Below are positions 11,069 through 20,060 of a stretch of 64,000 nt of DNA, piece by piece (the first letter of the stretch is position 1; each line of letters starts with the position of its first letter). The translations under genes were made by a program, and so were the position numbers. The stretch comes from Microcoleus sp. (GTDB lineage: Bacteria > Cyanobacteriota > Cyanobacteriia > Cyanobacteriales > Microcoleaceae): the NCBI GenBank assembly GCA_052279835.1, contig CP181291.1, positions 768,001-832,000 of the forward strand, in the 5' to 3' direction. The notes under the pieces are model-generated. The model saw nothing but the letters and a program-made list of their open reading frames with translations, ran no database searches and was not told the DNA's origin.

Positions 11069-11227
11069 GTGATTCGCCTCGCAATTTTTTGTTTCAAACG
11101 TTTGAGAGTGATGGGTCATACCATACACATCATCCCAGATAACCAGGGTATTCACCCTGTACACTGTAGTATCAGTATCGGTAAAATTTTTGCAAGGCTC
11201 AAAGTATTGTGTACCTCGATGGGGAAA

Positions 11228-11381
11228 TGGGGTTTAAAACCCCGTTACTTCGGCTACGCGGTTGGGCCCGCTCCGCCAAAGGGCAGCACATCGCCCGATA
11301 GGAAGCCTTGAATTGTAAAGCTTTGTTACGCCACCAACTCTTATACGCTAGAACTTGTAGCATAATGTGGGAGGTAGAATA
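11228..11381 (+). mobile_element. Degenerate IS200/IS605-family left end
   Basis: ggggtttaaaacccc hairpin upstream of the tnpB remnant. Confidence 0.5.
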
Positions 11382-11811
11382 ATGCTAGTTTTTGAATTCA
11401 AAGCCTAGGGAAAATCTAGTCAGTTGACGGCAGTAGATGAAGCAATTCGTACCACCGAGTTTGTCGGCAATAGCTGCATACGCTATTGGATGGACAACAA
11501 AAAGGTGGGTAAATACAACTTAAACAAATACTGCGCTATGTCAACGTCGGATATCTAGAAAAATAAAAGGTTCAAAAAATAGCGGCAAAGCCAGACAGAT
11601 TTTAAGTAACCGCCACCTCAAAATAAATAGGCAATCGTATTGTACCATGCAATCAAACTTGCAAGGTGCGTAGTGAGCGTCAAACGAGAAGATAGCCTAG
11701 GTCGATTTGAGAATTAAAAATATGGCTAATAATCCCTGTCTGGCTAAGTCTATTAACGACGCATCTTGATATCAGTTTCGCATCTGGCTCGAATGCTTTG
11801 GAAAGGTATTT
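11382..11811 (+). pseudogene. tnpB: IS200/IS605 TnpB (RNA-guided endonuclease) remnant with stops, frameshifts and an internal deletion
   Basis: Hand translation: MLVFEFKA*GKSSQLTAVDEAIRTTEFVGNSCIRYWMDN...KYCA / QRRISRKIKGSKNSGKARQILSNRHLKINRQ / HAIKLARCVV / IKNMANNPCLAKSINDAS*YQFRIWLECFGKVF. Confidence 0.85.
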
Positions 11812-11999
11812 GAGAGTTGGAAAAATCTCAAATAGTGGCAAAAGGTAGTAGAAAGATCGACTCTAAATCAGCAAGAGCGATGATGAATTGGGAATTTTAT
11901 TGAGTGTGCTATCTTGGGATTGTTTCGGAATGTCGGAGATTGTCCCAATTAAAAGTATCACTGTCAAGTGAAGCATGATGAATGTAGGAGTATGTCACA

Positions 12000-13685
12000 A
12001 TGCCTGAAAATTTGAGAAGCCAAGCTGTGACTGGAGGCGTACAGCGTGCGCCCAACCGGGCGATGCTGCGGGCTGTTGGTTTTGGTGATGGCGATTTCAC
12101 TAAACCGATTGTGGGAATTGCTAACGGGTACAGTACGATTACACCCTGCAATATGGGATTGAACGAACTGGCTATGCGGGCGATTGCGGCTACAAAGGAA
12201 GCGGGCGCGATGCCACAGATGTTTGGTACGATTACGATCAGCGACGGGATCTCGATGGGAACTGAAGGGATGAAATATTCTCTGGTGTCGAGAGACGTGA
12301 TTGCTGATTCTATCGAAACTGTTTGCAATGGTCAAAGTATGGACGGTGTGCTGGCTGTGGGCGGTTGCGATAAGAATATGCCGGGGGCGATGATTGCGAT
12401 CGCCCGCATGAATATTCCTGCTATTTTTGTCTACGGTGGCACCATTAAACCAGGACATTACAACGGACGGGATTTAACTGTGGTCAGCGCTTTTGAAGCT
12501 GTCGGTCAATTCAGCGCCGGCAAGATTGACGAAGAGGAACTCACCGCAGTAGAACAAAAAGCTTGTCCGGGCGCTGGTTCCTGCGGTGGAATGTTCACAG
12601 CAAATACCATGTCGAGCGCCTTTGAGGCGATGGGGATGAGTTTGCCTTATTCTTCGACAATGGCTGCTGAGGATGCTGAAAAGGCTGACAGCGCGGCAGA
12701 ATCGGCAACCGTTTTGGTGGAAGCGATTCGCCAACAGTTGCTACCTAGCCAAATTTTGACTCGTAAAGCCTTTGAAAATGCGATCGCAGTGATCATGGCA
12801 GTAGGCGGTTCAACGAATGCTGTGCTACATTTATTAGCTATTTCCAATGCGATCGGTGTGGAACTATCCCTGGACGATTTTGAAACAATTCGAGCCAAAG
12901 TACCAGTGCTGTGCGACCTCAAACCCAGCGGTAAATATGTAGCCACAGATTTGCACAAAGCCGGCGGCATTCCCCAAGTAATGAAAATGCTGCTAGAAAA
13001 AGGTTTACTCCACCCAGATGCGCTCACAATCACAGGAAAAACAGTTGCCGAAGTATTAGCAAATATTCCTGCGGAACCTCGCACCGACCAAGATGTGATT
13101 CGTCCTTGGAACAATCCACTTTACGCTCAAGGACACCTGGCAATTCTCAAAGGAAATTTGGCAACAGAGGGAGCCGTTGCTAAAATTACCGGAGTCAAGA
13201 AACCTACTATTACCGGCCCGGCGCGAGTATTTGAATCTGAAGAAAATTGTCTGGATGCTATTTTGGCAGGCAAGATTCAAGCGGGAGATGTGATTGTCAT
13301 CCGCTACGAAGGGCCAAAAGGCGGGCCTGGAATGCGGGAAATGCTAGCACCAACTTCTGCAATTATTGGCGCTGGTTTGGGTGATTCCGTAGGGTTAATT
13401 ACGGACGGCCGTTTTTCTGGCGGGACTTACGGCATGGTTGTCGGTCACGTTGCACCGGAAGCACAAGTTGGTGGCACAATTGCTCTGGTAGCAGAGGGTG
13501 ATTCAATCACAATAGATGCTCAAAATCGATTGTTGCAACTCAATGTTTCTGAGGCAGAATTGGAGCAACGACGGACTGCTTGGCAAGCTCCTGGACCGCG
13601 TTATACTAGGGGAGTTTTGGCTAAATACGCTAAGTTGGTTTCTTCTAGCAGTATTGGTGCTGTTACTGATTTAGGTTTGGGTTAA
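12000..13685 (+). CDS. ilvD: Dihydroxy-acid dehydratase
   Basis: [58 protein letters not shown]. Confidence 0.98.
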   Translation: MPENLRSQAVTGGVQRAPNRAMLRAVGFGDGDFTKPIVGIANGYSTITPCNMGLNELAMRAIAATKEAGAMPQMFGTITISDGISMGTEGMKYSLVSRDVIADSIETVCNGQSMDGVLAVGGCDKNMPGAMIAIARMNIPAIFVYGGTIKPGHYNGRDLTVVSAFEAVGQFSAGKIDEEELTAVEQKACPGAGSCGGMFTANTMSSAFEAMGMSLPYSSTMAAEDAEKADSAAESATVLVEAIRQQLLPSQILTRKAFENAIAVIMAVGGSTNAVLHLLAISNAIGVELSLDDFETIRAKVPVLCDLKPSGKYVATDLHKAGGIPQVMKMLLEKGLLHPDALTITGKTVAEVLANIPAEPRTDQDVIRPWNNPLYAQGHLAILKGNLATEGAVAKITGVKKPTITGPARVFESEENCLDAILAGKIQAGDVIVIRYEGPKGGPGMREMLAPTSAIIGAGLGDSVGLITDGRFSGGTYGMVVGHVAPEAQVGGTIALVAEGDSITIDAQNRLLQLNVSEAELEQRRTAWQAPGPRYTRGVLAKYAKLVSSSSIGAVTDLGLG

Positions 13686-13688
13686 AGA

Positions 13689-13799
13689 AGGAATAGGGAA
13701 TAGGGAATAGGCAATAGGGAATAGGGAAGAAAGTCCTTGGACTTCACAATGCCCAATTCACAATACCGAATTCCCTATTCCCCATTCCCCCATTCCCAA
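13689..13799. repeat. Inverted STRR clusters (GGGAATA versus TATTCCC) between convergent genes; possible bidirectional terminator
   Basis: gggaatagggaatagg... followed by ...ttccctattccccattccc. Confidence 0.6.
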
Positions 13800-13800
13800 A

Positions 13801-14331
13801 TTAACTGCGCTGAGTTAAGAAGCGACTAGCCATGGAAATTGTGTCTGTAATATCTACATCGCCGTCTCCATCTGCATCTAAAAACGCATTCAAAACTGAA
13901 TTTCCCCCAGGGGCAGGATTCTGGGTATTGCTGCCGGTTTGCAGCAAATTGAGCACTAGGGGTACTAAAATCGGTATCATCGCTTGGACTGTGGAGTTAT
14001 TCAAGCCGGTTCTTTGAGCGATATCCTGAACTATTTGGGTTAACTGGTTGTTTCCGAATAAACTTTGTACTGCTTGCGGATTTGGATTTGTGCCGCTAAA
14101 TTGGTTGACAACTTGCTGTGCTTGTGCATCTCCTGATTGCGATCGCACGTCTTGTAAAGCCGATCGCACGTAGCCGCCTAAAACCGACATCGCTAACTCA
14201 GTTGTGCCCGCATCGACGCCCTGGTTGCCACTCAACTGTTCTACTGCATTCAGAATACCGCCCAACTGATTGGGACTTGCTTGTTGATTGGGATTGTCGA
14301 TCGCACTTAAAATTTGGTCAAATAGTCCCAT
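13801..14331 (-). CDS. DUF937-like protein with EF-hand-like C-terminal motif
   Basis: MGLFDQILSAI start; FLDADGDGDVDITD motif. Confidence 0.75.
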   Translation of the reverse strand: MGLFDQILSAIDNPNQQASPNQLGGILNAVEQLSGNQGVDAGTTELAMSVLGGYVRSALQDVRSQSGDAQAQQVVNQFSGTNPNPQAVQSLFGNNQLTQIVQDIAQRTGLNNSTVQAMIPILVPLVLNLLQTGSNTQNPAPGGNSVLNAFLDADGDGDVDITDTISMASRFLTQRS

Positions 14332-14419
14332 AATTTTGGCTCCTTACTATGATTACTCAACTATAGAAAATAAAATGTAAAAATCAAAGCATCAAGCTTT
14401 TTATTGGTCGCTCTCCCTC

Positions 14420-16063
14420 ATGTCTTTGCCACGTCTGTTAACATTAATCGCGACTATCTGCCTCACCCTGGGGCTGATTATTGGGCTGGTCAGTTCCTTA
14501 ACGGGACTTTATACTCAAGTTGCGTGGTCTGCGTCTCCCCTGCTAGCTAATTTGCTGATTTTGGCGATCGTGGTACTTTTGGGTACGCTAATATTTGCGA
14601 TTGTTTATTACTTGAATCTGCTAAAAATTCCTCAAAAAACTAAGGGAAAACGGGTGATTAAGCCCAAGGTTCCGGTGATAAAAAGTGAAGCTGCTACAGA
14701 AAATTTGAAAGCAATTCGGCAACAAGTCGATCGCATTCAAGATGAAGTAGCACGGCAAGCTTTGCTGTTAAAAGCGCGAGAAATTGAAGCTAGTATGGCT
14801 CGCGGTAGCATTCGGATAGTTGTATTCGGCACCGGTTCTGCGGGCAAAACTTCTGCGGTGAATGCCCTGGTGGGAAGGATGGCGGGACAGGTAGGCGCGC
14901 CGATGGGAACTACGGAAGTTGAAGCAACTTACACCCTCAAATTGAAAGGGATCGATCGAGAATTAGCAATTACTGATACCCCAGGCATCTTAGAAGCGGG
15001 AGTAGCGGGCACCTACAGGGAGGAGTTGGCAAGACAGTTGGCGGCGAGGGCTGATTTGATCTTATTTGTATTGGATGGCGATTTGCGAAAATCTGAATAT
15101 GAACCGCTGCGTAATTTGGCGGAAATTGGCAAAAGGTCGATCGTGGTTTTTAATAAAATTGACCTTTATCTCGACAGCGACAGAGATGAAATTCTCTCTA
15201 GACTCCGGGAACGAGTTAAGGGTTTGGTATCGGCAATGGATGTTGTGGAAATTAGCGCTAATCCTCAACCAGTCAGGCTGGAAAACGGCACAATTTTTCA
15301 GCCTGACCCGGATATTATGCCATTAATTCGGCGCGTTGCTGCGATTTTGCGAGCGGAAGGAGAAGATTTAATTGCTGATAATATTTTGTTGCAATCTCAG
15401 CACTTGGGAGACCAAGCTCGCAAGTTAATAGATGCTCAAAGGCGCCGGCAAGCTGATAAGGTAGTAGAGCGATTTCAGTGGATTGGGGCAGGAGTCATTG
15501 CAGTCACACCTTTGCCAGTGGTAGATTTACTGGCAACAGCAGCAGTTAACGCTCAAATGGTAGTAGAAATTAGCAAGATTTATGGTTGTGAATTAAATAT
15601 CGATCGTGCTAAAGAATTGGCATTCTCTCTCGCCAAAACCTTAGCTAGTTTGGGGATAGTTGAAGGTGTAATTCAAATAGTGTCAAGGGCACTTCAGTTA
15701 AGTGTAGCTGGGTTTGTACTTGGCAAGGCTATTCAAGCAGTTAGTGCGGCTTATTTAACTAGAATTGCGGGTAAAAGTTTTATTGAATATTTTCGACATG
15801 ACCAAGATTGGGGTGACGGTGGGATTGCGGAAGTAGTGCAAAGGCAGTTTCAATTAAATCGGAAAGATGAGTTTGTGAAGGCTTTTGTTAAAGATGCGAT
15901 CGCCCGCGTCGTCGAACCTTTGAATATTTATCAAAAGTCAGAAGAATCAGAATTAGAAATAGTACCAGAATTAGAATCAAAAATAGAACCGGAACCCTTG
16001 TATCGTTCCCAGGAATATGAAGATTGGGAAACTTACAGTAACAAACAAAAGGATGAGTGGTAA
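14420..16063 (+). CDS. Membrane-anchored GTP-binding protein with DUF697 (YcjF-like) domain
   Basis: Two N-terminal TM segments; GTGSAGKTS, DTPG, NKID; PLPVVDLLATAAVNAQMV. Confidence 0.88.
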   Translation: MSLPRLLTLIATICLTLGLIIGLVSSLTGLYTQVAWSASPLLANLLILAIVVLLGTLIFAIVYYLNLLKIPQKTKGKRVIKPKVPVIKSEAATENLKAIRQQVDRIQDEVARQALLLKAREIEASMARGSIRIVVFGTGSAGKTSAVNALVGRMAGQVGAPMGTTEVEATYTLKLKGIDRELAITDTPGILEAGVAGTYREELARQLAARADLILFVLDGDLRKSEYEPLRNLAEIGKRSIVVFNKIDLYLDSDRDEILSRLRERVKGLVSAMDVVEISANPQPVRLENGTIFQPDPDIMPLIRRVAAILRAEGEDLIADNILLQSQHLGDQARKLIDAQRRRQADKVVERFQWIGAGVIAVTPLPVVDLLATAAVNAQMVVEISKIYGCELNIDRAKELAFSLAKTLASLGIVEGVIQIVSRALQLSVAGFVLGKAIQAVSAAYLTRIAGKSFIEYFRHDQDWGDGGIAEVVQRQFQLNRKDEFVKAFVKDAIARVVEPLNIYQKSEESELEIVPELESKIEPEPLYRSQEYEDWETYSNKQKDEW

Positions 16064-16115
16064 TTGGGCATTGGTAGTTGGGTATGGGGCATGGGGCGAA
16101 GCGAAGCCGAAGGGT

Positions 16116-16423
16116 CTTCTTCCTGATTCCTAAATTTCCCCCCTTGGGGGGGGCAGGGGGGGGTGACTTCTTCCTTCTTCCTGATTCCTAAATTGGGGCT
16201 GGGGGGGGTGACTTCTTCCTTCTTCCTGATTCCTAAATTTCCCCCCTTGGGGGGGGCTGGGGGGGGTGACTTCTTCCTTCTTCCTGATTCCTAAATTTCC
16301 CCCCTTGGGGGGGGCTGGGGGGGGTGACTTCTTCCTTCTTGCTTCTTCCTAAATTTCCCCCCTTGGGGGGGGCTGGGGGGGGTGACTTCTTCCTTCTTCC
16401 TTCTTCCTTCTTCCTTCTTCCTT
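16116..16423. repeat. Tandem array of five 58-bp units (one with a 13-bp deletion) ending in CTTCTTC heptamers
   Basis: tcctaaatt at 16128, 16186, 16231, 16289, 16347; unit ttcttcctgattcctaaatttccccccttggggggggctggggggggtgacttcttcc. Confidence 0.9.
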
Positions 16424-16505
16424 TCTTAAGCGATCGCATCGAACACAATTTTGATAAGATTTAAAGTTTACAACAAAAATTATTATTGTCTGGCGGGACA
16501 AAAAG

Positions 16506-17435
16506 ATGAGCGATCGACCAATCATTCTGGGTATTGTAGGAGACAGCGCAGCAGGCAAAACCACCCTGACCAAGGGAATTGCACAAGTATTGGGACCAGA
16601 AAATGTCACCATTATTTGTACCGATGACTATCACCGCTACGACAGGACGCAGCGGGCCCAAATAGGGCTTACAGCATTGCATCCTGACTGCAATTACCTA
16701 GATATCATGCAACAGCACCTAAGTCTGTTACGTACCGGTCAAGCTATTCTCAAACCCATTTATAATCACACCACAGGTACATTTGACCCCCCGGAATACA
16801 TCAAGCCCAGCAAATTTGTGATAGTGGAAGGTTTGCTGGGTTATTCAACTCGTGCCATCCGCGATTCCTATGATGTAAAAGTGTATCTTGCTCCCCCAGA
16901 AGAACTGCGAACTCAGTGGAAAGTTAAGCGCGATATTATGAAGCGTGGCTATACTGAAGAACAGGTACTAGCAGAAATGAAAAAGCGGGAAAATGATTCC
17001 GAAGACTTTATTCGTCCCCAGCGCAAGTTTGCTGATGTTGTCGTTACTTTTTACTTACCAGAAGAGGACAATGAAGTAAATTTGAGCGTGCGTTTAGTCC
17101 TGAGACCGACCATTCCTCACCCAGATTTTACTGAGATTTTAAGCCAAGGTAGTGATAATTTTAAACCCGCCATTCGCTTAGAGCTCGATCGGGATATGGG
17201 CAAACCAGTTGATGTCTTGGAAGTAGACTCCCACGCTACTAGCGAACAGGTAAACGAACTGGAAAAGATTTTGTGTAACGAAATGCCACATTTGCGAGGC
17301 TTTTGCTCGACCGAAGGTAATTCTGAAATTGGCAAACTTGTGGGCACAACTGGCGAAGTTTTGCAAAGTTACCCCCTAGCTTTGACTCAACTTTTGATTG
17401 CTTATCACATGATAAAAGCAATTCATTTATATTAG
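16506..17435 (+). CDS. prk: Phosphoribulokinase (PRK/uridine kinase family) paralogue
   Basis: GIVGDSAAGKTT, DDYHRYDR, KPIYNHTTGTFDPPE, WKVKRD...RG, FIRPQRKFADVV. Confidence 0.85.
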   Translation: MSDRPIILGIVGDSAAGKTTLTKGIAQVLGPENVTIICTDDYHRYDRTQRAQIGLTALHPDCNYLDIMQQHLSLLRTGQAILKPIYNHTTGTFDPPEYIKPSKFVIVEGLLGYSTRAIRDSYDVKVYLAPPEELRTQWKVKRDIMKRGYTEEQVLAEMKKRENDSEDFIRPQRKFADVVVTFYLPEEDNEVNLSVRLVLRPTIPHPDFTEILSQGSDNFKPAIRLELDRDMGKPVDVLEVDSHATSEQVNELEKILCNEMPHLRGFCSTEGNSEIGKLVGTTGEVLQSYPLALTQLLIAYHMIKAIHLY

Positions 17436-17448
17436 TTGTTAGTTATTT

Positions 17449-17481
17449 GCGGTGCCCTGAGCGTAGTCGAAGGGCACCGCA
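17449..17481. repeat. Palindromic small dispersed repeat (CCCTGAGCGTAGTCGAAGGG core) between convergent genes
   Basis: gcggtgccct-gagcgtagtcga-agggcaccgc; reverse copy ttcgactacgctcaggg at about 7119-7135. Confidence 0.75.
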
Positions 17482-17528
17482 AATAACAAATAACAAATAA
17501 CCAATAACCAATAACCAATAACCAATGA

Positions 17529-17714
17529 CTACCCTAGCCAAGTAGGGTTAGCAGTCGCTAATTGCTGAATTTGGACTGATACTGGCAATTGACTTTGGGG
17601 TGCGGGAACCATTTCGCCTCGGAAGTCCAGGAGAGTGACGAGCAGCAAATAGCCCAGTGCTAATACTATAGAAAACACGCCGGTGATAATAGCAATAATT
17701 TTTGAACGTTCCAT
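17529..17714 (-). CDS. Small single-pass membrane protein
   Basis: MERSKIIAIITG...YLLLVTLLDFRGEMVPAP, a pattern typical of a conserved small cyanobacterial protein. Confidence 0.7.
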   Translation of the reverse strand: MERSKIIAIITGVFSIVLALGYLLLVTLLDFRGEMVPAPQSQLPVSVQIQQLATANPTWLG

Positions 17715-17800
17715 ATTCAGTAATAATTAGGTACAGCTAATATAAGCTTAACATTAAAGGGAGTAATGATTACAGGACTTATGGAATAGAATATAATCAG

Positions 17801-18805
17801 GTGCTACTTATTTATATGACGAAAATGGAACCTCTTATAGATGCGCCAAATCCCATCGAGATGCCCGTCGCAGCCCCTGTTGTGGAAACATTTAATCTGG
17901 GGAAGTTCTACCGTACAGGCTTCTGGATGAACCAAAAAATTGAATCGCTGAAAAATTGTACTCTCACTGTCACTGAGGGCGAAACTTTCGGGCTGTTAGG
18001 ACAAAATGGGGCGGGGAAAACTACCCTGCTGAAAACTTTGCTGGGTATAGTGCGGCCTACTTCTGGTAGGGCGCTGTTGTTGGGGAGGCCTTTGGGCGAT
18101 CGCGCGGTGAAGCAACGAGTTGGCTATTTGCCAGAAAATCCCTATTTTTATGATTATCTCACGGGCTGGGAATTTCTGCAATTTGCAGCGGGTTTGTTTC
18201 AAATTCCGCCCTCGATTCAGCGACAGCGAATTCCGCATTTGCTAGACTTAGTTGGGCTAGCTCAATCGGCCGCCATCAAAAAGCAATTGCGACAATATTC
18301 TAAGGGTATGCTGCAACGAATTGGCATGGCTCAAGCTTTGATTAATAATCCAGAGGTGGTATTTTTAGATGAGCCGATGTCGGGTTTAGATCCGATGGGA
18401 CGCTATCAGATGCGGGAGATCATTTTATCGCTGAAAAGTCAAGGAAAAACGATTTTCTTTAATTCTCATATACTTTCAGATGTGGAGAAGATTTGCGATC
18501 GCGTGGCAATTTTGGCCAGAGGTGAGTTAATCTGTATTGGGGCGATCGATGAACTATTGGGTAATACTAAAACTTACCGGGTTGAAGGTAGGGGCGGTCA
18601 TTTGAATATCCTGAAAAAATGGATACCGGATCTGGAAGTTGATAATGATGTGTGGTACGGTCATTTGCAGGGCGATGCGAAGCAGTTTATGTCTAGTCTG
18701 AGTGCTACGGGAGGGCAGTTGATTGGCATGAATTTGGCTAAGCCTAGTTTGGAAGAGTTTTTTATGCAGCAACTGGAAGAAAGAGGGATTTATTCGAGTA
18801 GTTGA
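17801..18805 (+). CDS. ABC transporter ATP-binding protein
   Basis: GQNGAGKTT, YSKGMLQR, FLDEPMSGLD, SHIL. True start may be a few codons downstream. Confidence 0.93.
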   Translation: MLLIYMTKMEPLIDAPNPIEMPVAAPVVETFNLGKFYRTGFWMNQKIESLKNCTLTVTEGETFGLLGQNGAGKTTLLKTLLGIVRPTSGRALLLGRPLGDRAVKQRVGYLPENPYFYDYLTGWEFLQFAAGLFQIPPSIQRQRIPHLLDLVGLAQSAAIKKQLRQYSKGMLQRIGMAQALINNPEVVFLDEPMSGLDPMGRYQMREIILSLKSQGKTIFFNSHILSDVEKICDRVAILARGELICIGAIDELLGNTKTYRVEGRGGHLNILKKWIPDLEVDNDVWYGHLQGDAKQFMSSLSATGGQLIGMNLAKPSLEEFFMQQLEERGIYSSS

Positions 18806-18852
18806 AGTTGATAAAGTCGATGGTTGAAAATATGTTGTTGAAACCAAGAAAA

Positions 18853-18902
18853 CCCGGCGGTTGAAACCGCGTCTACACAAACAATGTCCGCCTGCGCGGA
18901 CT
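18853..18902. repeat. Dispersed repeat, half copy of the element at 58018-58133
   Basis: cccggcggttgaaaccgcgtctacacaaacaatgtccgcctgcgcggact. Confidence 0.7.
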
Positions 18903-19021
18903 AGATAAACGGGCTATGGGGCCCGTTTGAGTGGGGCAAGACTTCGATCGCAATTGTTCCAGTAATGCGATCAGGATTTATTTGACTCATATCAACCTCG
19001 CTACTCTATCAAGAAAAATTG

Positions 19022-19744
19022 CTAAATTGTATCAGGGTCAATATTTAATTCTCGCAGTTTTGCCGCTAGGCGATCGGCACGTTGTGTCTGTTGTTCAGCA
19101 CGTTGTGCCTCTTGTGTGGCACGTTGTGTCTCTGTTTGAGCCACCTCTTCCGGGCTGGGAATCAGTTCTCCTGCTGTTGTGAACAAACGCAATTTTTGGT
19201 CATGTATTCCCAGATATAAATCTAGTTGTTGACTGAACAAATGTCCTTGGGAATTTGGTTCCAGCGGTTGGTATTCGCCATCGACTAAATGAAACCCAGC
19301 CAATTCTAAATTATACGGATTGAACCAGAAATAATCATGGGTGCGAAACGTATTTTGATAAAGTAGTTTCTTGAAACCTTTATCAATTGCCGCTGTTGTT
19401 GGCGAAAGAATTTCGACAATTACATTAGGATATTTGCCATCTTCTTCCCAAACAGCCCAACTTTTACGAGCTTTTCGTTCGGTTCCCAAAACTACAAAAA
19501 AGTCTGGGCCTCGACACAATTCAGATTTAAGCTGGCGGGGACTGTAGTAGATGGTAAGATTGCCAACAGCATAGAAGTCATTTCTATCTTGCCACAGCCA
19601 TTCTAAGCATTGCAGCAGCAGGATTATTTGTCGGAGATGAAGTTCGGTTTCCACAGGAGGTTCGTCACTATATAAGTCACCTGGGGGAAAGATAACATTT
19701 TCTTGGATGTCTTGGGAAGGGGGTAGTTCTTGAACTGCTGTCAT
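19022..19744 (-). CDS. Uma2 family (PD-(D/E)xK-like) endonuclease with repeated coiled-coil tail
   Basis: SDEPPVETELH, GPDFFVV, PNVIVEILSPTT, YFWFNP; AQRAEQ repeats. Confidence 0.92.
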   Translation of the reverse strand: MTAVQELPPSQDIQENVIFPPGDLYSDEPPVETELHLRQIILLLQCLEWLWQDRNDFYAVGNLTIYYSPRQLKSELCRGPDFFVVLGTERKARKSWAVWEEDGKYPNVIVEILSPTTAAIDKGFKKLLYQNTFRTHDYFWFNPYNLELAGFHLVDGEYQPLEPNSQGHLFSQQLDLYLGIHDQKLRLFTTAGELIPSPEEVAQTETQRATQEAQRAEQQTQRADRLAAKLRELNIDPDTI

Positions 19745-19865
19745 GACTCTTGGGTAGGGGTTAAGAGGCTTGGTATTTATTTTAGCGTTGGAGTGCGATC
19801 GCTATTGATAATTTTAACATTATAATGTCAAGCCGACAGTCTTTTTTGTTGGTATCGAAGTCTAG

Positions 19866-20035
19866 ATCCCCCCTAACCCCCCTTAATAAGGGGGGGACAA
19901 GAGTATTTGTCTTTCGTCCCCCTCTTCTTACCTTAATAAGGGGGGGACAAGACTATTTTTCTTTCGTCCCCCTTCCTCCATTCCCCCCTTGGGGGGGGCT
20001 GGGGGGGGTCGTCCTTCGCGCCTTCGCGGTTAAAT
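19866..20035. repeat. Composite repeat cluster (CCTTAATAAGGGGGG x2, C6TTG8 hairpin repeat, CTTCGCGCCTTCGCGGTT)
   Basis: Seen directly between the Uma2 and NB-ARC genes. Confidence 0.7.
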
Positions 20036-20060
20036 CATTCCTATACAACCGGAATAGATA

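Noticed and set aside
10242..11072. 276-aa plus-strand ORF
   Set aside because: Antisense shadow of the pentapeptide repeat gene; the repetitive codons lack stops on the opposite strand
16116..16423. Possible CRISPR array
   Set aside because: Units are contiguous near-identical tandem repeats with no unique spacers, and no cas genes are in the window
16233..16612. ORFs with KKEEGRR / PPAPPKGG sequence (also near 61856-62477)
   Set aside because: Translations of intergenic repeats, not plausible genes
18901..18990. Short minus-strand ORF MSQINPDRITGTIAIEVL... after the Uma2 gene
   Set aside because: About 29 codons running into repeat DNA; could be a truncated gene start but cannot be supported without a search
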